From Candidatus Deferrimicrobiaceae bacterium (GTDB taxonomy: Bacteria > Desulfobacterota > Deferrimicrobia > Deferrimicrobiales > Deferrimicrobiaceae), in the NCBI GenBank assembly GCA_963792415.1, contig CAWBVY010000008.1, positions 1 through 64,000 of the forward strand: 64,000 nt of DNA, in the 5' to 3' direction. The notes under the pieces are model-generated. The model was not told where the DNA came from, ran no database searches, and worked only from the letters and a program-made list of their open reading frames with translations. The position numbers were made by a program, and so were the translations under genes. Every line of letters begins with the position of its first letter. Within the stretch, counting starts at the first letter, position 1. Shown piece after piece: positions 58,926 through 64,000 of this stretch.

Positions 58926-61900
58926 GGGGGCCGCCCTCCTTCCCGGCGGGATCTCCCGGCGGCGCGTGGTCTTTCGGACCCTCGTGCTTCCCGAACCGGA
59001 TGGCGAACCGTTCCATCACGTAGAAGAGCACCGGGATGAGAAAGACGCCGATGGCCGTGGCGACCAGCATCCCGCCGATGACGGTGGACCCCATGACCTG
59101 CCGGGAGATGGCGCCGGCGCCGCTGGCGATGGCCAGCGGCACGCAGCCGAGCATGAAGGCGAAGGAGGTCATCAGGATCGGCCGCAGTCGCAGCTTTGCG
59201 CCTTCCAGGGTCGCTTCCACGAGGGGCCGCCCCTTGTCGTACTCCATCTTCGCGAACTCGACGATCAGGATGGCGTTCTTGGCGGCAAGGCCGATCAGCA
59301 TGACCAGGCCGATCTGGGCGTAGACGTTGTTCTCCTGCCCCCGCAGCAGGAGGGCGCCGAAGGCGCCGGCCACGGCGAACGGGGTGCCCAGGAGGACGCT
59401 GAAGGGGAGGGACCAGCTCTCGTACTGGGCCGCCAGGATCAGGAAGACGCACAGCAGCGAGAAGGCGAAGATGACCGCCGGGGAGACCCCTTTCTGCGCC
59501 TGCTGCTCCTGGAACGACATCCCGAGGTAGTCGAACCCCATCTCCCGCGGCATGGTCCGTGCGAAGACCTCCTCCAGGGCTTTCATCGCCTGGGCGGAGC
59601 TGAACCCCGGGGCGGCCGAGGCGTTGATCTGGGCGGACCGGTACAGGTTGTACCGCATGGTGAACTCCGGCCCCGCGATGTTGCGGGCCGACGTGAGCGC
59701 CGAGAGCGGGACCGTCTGCCCCTCGTTGTTGCGCACGTAGAATTGCCCAACGGACTCCGCCTTGGTGCGGTACTCCCCCTCCGCCTGGACGTAGACCTGC
59801 CACTGGCGGCCGAACCGGTTGAAGTAGTTGACGAAGCCGCTTCCCAGGAAGACCTGGAGGGTCTTGTACACGTCGGAGAGGTTGACGCCCTGCTTCAGCA
59901 CCTTGTCCCGGTCCACGTCCAGAAAGATCTGGGGCACCGAGGGGAGGAACGTGGTGCTGACGCTGGCCAGTTCGGGGCGTTTCCGCGCCGCCTCCATGAA
60001 CTTGTTGACGTTCTCAGCGAGGAACGGGATGTCCTTGCCGGCCCGGTCCTCGAGGATGAACGTGACCCCTCCCGAAGTGCCGATGCCGGGGATGGCGGGC
60101 GGTGGGAAGGCGAAGCCGATGGCCCCCGGGATCTTCCGCAGCTCGTCGGAGATGTGGTCCTTGATCGCGTTGTACTGCTCTTCGGGTTTTTTCCGCTTCG
60201 CCCACTCCTCCAGGTTGATGAAGAAGAAGGTGCTGTAGGTGCTGCTGACGTTGCTCAGCATGTTGTACCCGACGACGGTGGCGCAATCCTTCACCCCCGG
60301 CGTCTTCCGGATGATCTCCTCGGCCGTCCGGGCGATATCGTCGGTGCGCTGCAGGGAGGCGGCGTTCGGGAGCTGGATGCCGGCGAAGAGGTACCCCTGG
60401 TCCTCCTCGGGGAGGAAGCTGGTGGCGATCGACTTTCCGAGAAATCCGGTCAGCACCACCACCCCGACCAGGAAGAGGAGGCTCACCCCGCTCTTCCGGA
60501 TCGCCAGGTCGCAGGTGCTGACGTACCCGTTCGTGGCCCGGCCGAAGAGCCGGTTGAACCCGTCGTAGAACTTCTGCAGGAGGCCGGTTCCCCTCACCTT
60601 CGGTTTCAGCAGCATCGCCGCAAGCGCCGGGCTCAGGGTCAGGGCGTTGAACGCCGAGAGGATGACCGAGACGGCGATCGTCACGGCGAACTGCTGGTAC
60701 AGCCTCCCCGTGATTCCCGGGATGAAGGCGGTCGGGATGAACACGGCGGACAGGATGATCGCGATCGCGATGACCGGCCCGGACACCTCCTCCATCGCCT
60801 TGAGGGCCGCCTCCTTCGGGGCCATGCCGTGTTCGATGTGGTGTTCCACCGCCTCGACGACGACGATGGCGTCGTCCACGACGAGCCCGATGGCGAGGAC
60901 CAGCCCGAAGAGCGACAGGGTGTTGATGGAGAAGCCGAAGAGCGGGAAGAGGGCGAAGGTCCCCACCAGCGACACCGGGACCGCCAGGAGCGGGATGAGC
61001 GTCGCCCGCCACCCCTGGAGGAAGATGAACACCACGATGATCACGAGGATGAGCGCCTCGAAGAGGGTGTGGACGATCTCGGTGATCCCCTCGGAGACCG
61101 CCAGGGTGGTGTCGAGGCAGACCGTGTAGTCCAGGTCGTCGGGGAAGCGGGTTTTCAGCTCTTCCATCAATTTCCGGGTGCCGCGTGCGGCCTCGAGGGC
61201 GTTGGTGCCCGGCATCTGGTAGAGGGCGATCAGCGCCGCCGGCTTCCCGTTGAGGCGGGTGTTCTGGCTGTACGTCTGCGCGCCCAGTTCGACGCGGGCC
61301 ACGTCCTTCAGGCGGAGGATGGAGCCGTCGGGGTTGGCGCGGACCACGATCCGGCCGAACTCCTCCTCGGTCTCGAGCCGCCCCTGCGCGCGGACCGCGT
61401 ACGTGAACTCCTGCCCCTTGGGAACCGGCTCCGCGCCGACCTGCCCGGCGGGGTTCACCTTGTTCTGCGCGTTGATGGCGTTGACGATCTCGGGGATCGT
61501 GACGTTGAGCTTGGCCAGCTGGTCCGGCTTCACCCAGAAGCGCATGGCGTACTGGCCGGCGCCGAACACGGAGACGCTGGCGATCCCCTTCACCCGGGTC
61601 ATCTGGTCGTTGATGTTGATGTAGGCGTAGTTGGCCAGGAAGACGCTGTCGTAGGTCCCTTTCGGCGAGTAGAGGGCGAACATGATCAGCGGGGAGGCGG
61701 TGGACTTCAGGACCGTCACGCCGTAATCGCGCACTTCCGTCGGCAGCTGGGACGCCGCCTGCCCTTGCCGCATGTACGAGAGCACCTGGTCGATGCTCGT
61801 GTCCGTCTTGACGTCGAAGTTGACCTTCAGCGTCATCTGCCCGTTGTTGGCGTTCGTGGAGTACATGTAGGCCATGTCGTCCACGCCGGACATCTGCTGC

Positions 61901-62097
61901 TCGATCGGGGTGGCCACCGACTGCTCGACCGTGAGGGCGTCCGCGCCGGTGTACGTGGTCGCCACCTGGATCTCGGGCGGGACGATGTTGGGGAACTGGG
62001 CGACGGGGAGCCCCGTCATGGCGACCGCACCGATGATCACCATGAGGATGGCGATCACCATGGCCACGATCGGGCGGTTGATGAAGAATTTGGCCAT
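58918..62097 (-). CDS. RND multidrug efflux permease (HAE1 family)
   Basis: MAKFFINRPIVA, GLVVDDAIVVVE, GLAAKNAILIVEFA, RLRPILMTS. Confidence 0.96.
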   Translation of the reverse strand: MAKFFINRPIVAMVIAILMVIIGAVAMTGLPVAQFPNIVPPEIQVATTYTGADALTVEQSVATPIEQQMSGVDDMAYMYSTNANNGQMTLKVNFDVKTDTSIDQVLSYMRQGQAASQLPTEVRDYGVTVLKSTASPLIMFALYSPKGTYDSVFLANYAYININDQMTRVKGIASVSVFGAGQYAMRFWVKPDQLAKLNVTIPEIVNAINAQNKVNPAGQVGAEPVPKGQEFTYAVRAQGRLETEEEFGRIVVRANPDGSILRLKDVARVELGAQTYSQNTRLNGKPAALIALYQMPGTNALEAARGTRKLMEELKTRFPDDLDYTVCLDTTLAVSEGITEIVHTLFEALILVIIVVFIFLQGWRATLIPLLAVPVSLVGTFALFPLFGFSINTLSLFGLVLAIGLVVDDAIVVVEAVEHHIEHGMAPKEAALKAMEEVSGPVIAIAIILSAVFIPTAFIPGITGRLYQQFAVTIAVSVILSAFNALTLSPALAAMLLKPKVRGTGLLQKFYDGFNRLFGRATNGYVSTCDLAIRKSGVSLLFLVGVVVLTGFLGKSIATSFLPEEDQGYLFAGIQLPNAASLQRTDDIARTAEEIIRKTPGVKDCATVVGYNMLSNVSSTYSTFFFINLEEWAKRKKPEEQYNAIKDHISDELRKIPGAIGFAFPPPAIPGIGTSGGVTFILEDRAGKDIPFLAENVNKFMEAARKRPELASVSTTFLPSVPQIFLDVDRDKVLKQGVNLSDVYKTLQVFLGSGFVNYFNRFGRQWQVYVQAEGEYRTKAESVGQFYVRNNEGQTVPLSALTSARNIAGPEFTMRYNLYRSAQINASAAPGFSSAQAMKALEEVFARTMPREMGFDYLGMSFQEQQAQKGVSPAVIFAFSLLCVFLILAAQYESWSLPFSVLLGTPFAVAGAFGALLLRGQENNVYAQIGLVMLIGLAAKNAILIVEFAKMEYDKGRPLVEATLEGAKLRLRPILMTSFAFMLGCVPLAIASGAGAISRQVMGSTVIGGMLVATAIGVFLIPVLFYVMERFAIRFGKHEGPKDHAPPGDPAGKEGGPHA

Positions 62098-62104
62098 GCC
62101 GGGC

Positions 62105-63323
62105 CTACTTCTTCTCGCCCTTGGCGGGGGCGGGCGGCGGGGTTGCCGGCTTCGCTTCGCCTTCCGCGGCGGCGTGCGTCGGGTTGACGCGAACCCCGGT
62201 CTTTACCTTCTGGACCCCCTCGACCACGACCCTCTCGCCGGGTTTCAATCCCTCGTCGATGACCCACAGGGAGCCGACCCGCTCCGCGGGAGTGACCGGC
62301 CGGAGCTCGACGACGTTGTCACTGCCCACCACCGCGACGAGGAACTTCCCCTGCACCTCCGTCACCGCGCGCTGCGGGACCAGCAGCGCCCCCTTCTTCG
62401 TCTCCATGGTCGCCCGGACGGTTCCGTACTGGCCGGGGCGCAGCAGGTTGCCCGGGTTGGGGAAGAGCGCCCCGACCCGGATCGTGCCGGTCTTCACGTC
62501 GACCTGCCGGTCCGACAGGGAGAACTTCCCTTTGTGGGGGTGGACGCTGCCGTCGGCGAGGATCAGTTCGAGCGGGATGGCGTCCGCGGACCGTTCTCCT
62601 CCCCGTTTGTCCCTTCCCCGCCGGAACTTCATGTACTCCTGTTCGCTGACCGCGATGTACGCCTTGATGGGGTCCACCGTCGACACGGCGGTCAGTTCCT
62701 GGATCTGTCCCGGGCCCACCAGGTTCCCGATCTGGGCCTTCGCGATGCCGGCGATGCCGTCCACCGGCGAGGCGATCCGCGTGAACCCCAGGTTCAGACG
62801 CGCGGTCTCCAGCTGTGCCTTCGCGCTTTCGACGGACGCCCGGGTCGACAGTTCGGCGCCGATGCTGTCGTCCAGGTCCTTCTGGCTTACGGCGTTCTTC
62901 TCCGCCAGCGGCCTGACGCGGGCCAGGTTCGCCTTGGCCGTTTCCCAGCGCGCTTCCGCCTGGGCCAGGGAGCCCGCGGCCGCGTCCACGGCGGCCTGGA
63001 AGGTGCGCGGGTCGATCTCGAAGAGGACCTGCCCCTTCCGCACGAGTTCCCCTTCCCGGTAATCCTGCTTCACCAGGTAGCCGGTCACCTGGGCCTGGAT
63101 CGTCGCGTTCACCAGCCCGTCGGTGGTTCCGACCCACTCCGTGTAGATCGGGACGTCCTTCCGGATCACCTCCGACACCACGACGGCCGGGGGTGGCGGC
63201 GCCGCCGCCTTCTCCTCCTTGCCGCATCCGGCCGCGAGAAGCAGCGCCAGGCAGGACCCGACGAAGGCGGAACGTCGAAGGATACCGGGACAGGGAAGCA
63301 CGTCGCATTCCAGGGAGAAACAT
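62105..63323 (-). CDS. RND membrane fusion lipoprotein (probable indel near the start)
   Basis: SD AGGAGG before ATG 63323 (different frame), LAAGC lipobox, QVTGYL..EGELVRKGQVLFEIDP, NLLRPGQY. Confidence 0.92.
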
Positions 63324-63477
63324 AGACCCTCCTGCAACCGGAAATTCTTGATGGGATGAATCTTTTCCCCGCGATGCAAACGACCGATCGCCTTCGCAGA
63401 ACGCGTTATTTTGACATCGTTCCATGAGCGCGACAAGGGGGTCCGCACTCCTCCCCTTATTTGCGAACGTGCGGGCG

Positions 63478-64000
63478 TCAGTAGAGAAAGGCGAACCACG
63501 GCACGCCGATCAGCAGGTAGGCGGCGATGAAGATCGCACCGAAAATCGCTCCCATCCGCCAGTAGTCGGCGGAGGGGAGGTACCCGCTGCCGTAGTAGAC
63601 CGGGGACGGGCCGGTGGCATACGGGGTCTGGATTCCCATGATCCCCAGCGTTCCGCACAGCATCATGGCGAACTGCGGCATGTCGATCCCGGGGATCGCC
63701 GAACCGACGGCCAGCATCACCGGCAGCACCGCGGTGACGTGCGCGGTCACGCTGGCGAACATGTAGTGGATGAAGAAGAACATCAGGGTCAGCAGGATCA
63801 TGGCCATCCGCGGCGAGAGTCCGGTCATGTGACCGCCGATCACCTGTGCGAACCATTTGACGAAACCGACCTGGGAGAGTCCCGACGCCAGCGTCACCAG
63901 GGTGCCGAACCAGATCAGCGTGTTCCAGGCCTGCTTGTTGGCCAGGATGTCGTCCCAGGTCACCACCCGCAGGAAGACCATCAGAGCCATCACCGTGATG
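63478..64000 (-). CDS. DASS-family anion permease (CitT/TtdT-like), 3' part
   Basis: VTWDDIL.NKQAWNTLIWF, HYMFASVTAH, TPYATGPSPVYYGSGY. The ORF runs off the window edge. Confidence 0.92.
   Translation of the reverse strand, partial: ITVMALMVFLRVVTWDDILANKQAWNTLIWFGTLVTLASGLSQVGFVKWFAQVIGGHMTGLSPRMAMILLTLMFFFIHYMFASVTAHVTAVLPVMLAVGSAIPGIDMPQFAMMLCGTLGIMGIQTPYATGPSPVYYGSGYLPSADYWRMGAIFGAIFIAAYLLIGVPWFAFLY

Overview
High-GC bacterial window. The gene content (fatty-acid cis/trans isomerase, multiheme cytochrome, BTAD regulator, hybrid kinases) suggests a deltaproteobacterium-like anaerobe, which is inference only. About 40 CDS are present, and at least 12 are split by single-base indels, probably long-read assembly errors. 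The left 12.5 kb is an accessory patchwork (amidohydrolase, META protein, NlpC/P60-like protein, Mn-riboswitch plus TerC, truncated RsgA, OtnI/Hyi, ChrA, hybrid kinase, phage-like orphan). It is punctuated by five same-orientation copies of a tRNA-Lys(CTT) 3'-half plus terminator module at about 2.1, 5.1, 8.5, 12.0 and 12.5 kb. The best-preserved copy starts exactly at the anticodon loop. Two copies carry a conserved upstream arm with 10-bp-phased repeats, one of them with a perfect IHF box. The copies broadly decay from left to right, and no integrase lies between them. This looks like a polar, integron-like array of small non-autonomous cargo cassettes accreted at a tRNA-Lys att site, and it is the main candidate for an undescribed system. 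The remaining 50 kb is a cell-envelope and membrane-stress region: two RND systems, Cti, ClsC-like phospholipase D, arylsulfatase, HAD hydrolase, octaheme-HEAT-TPR protein, several outer-membrane beta-barrels, two YSC84 proteins, two MscS channels, TAXI, AsmA, a RelBE-type toxin-antitoxin pair, and AI-2E and DASS transporters.
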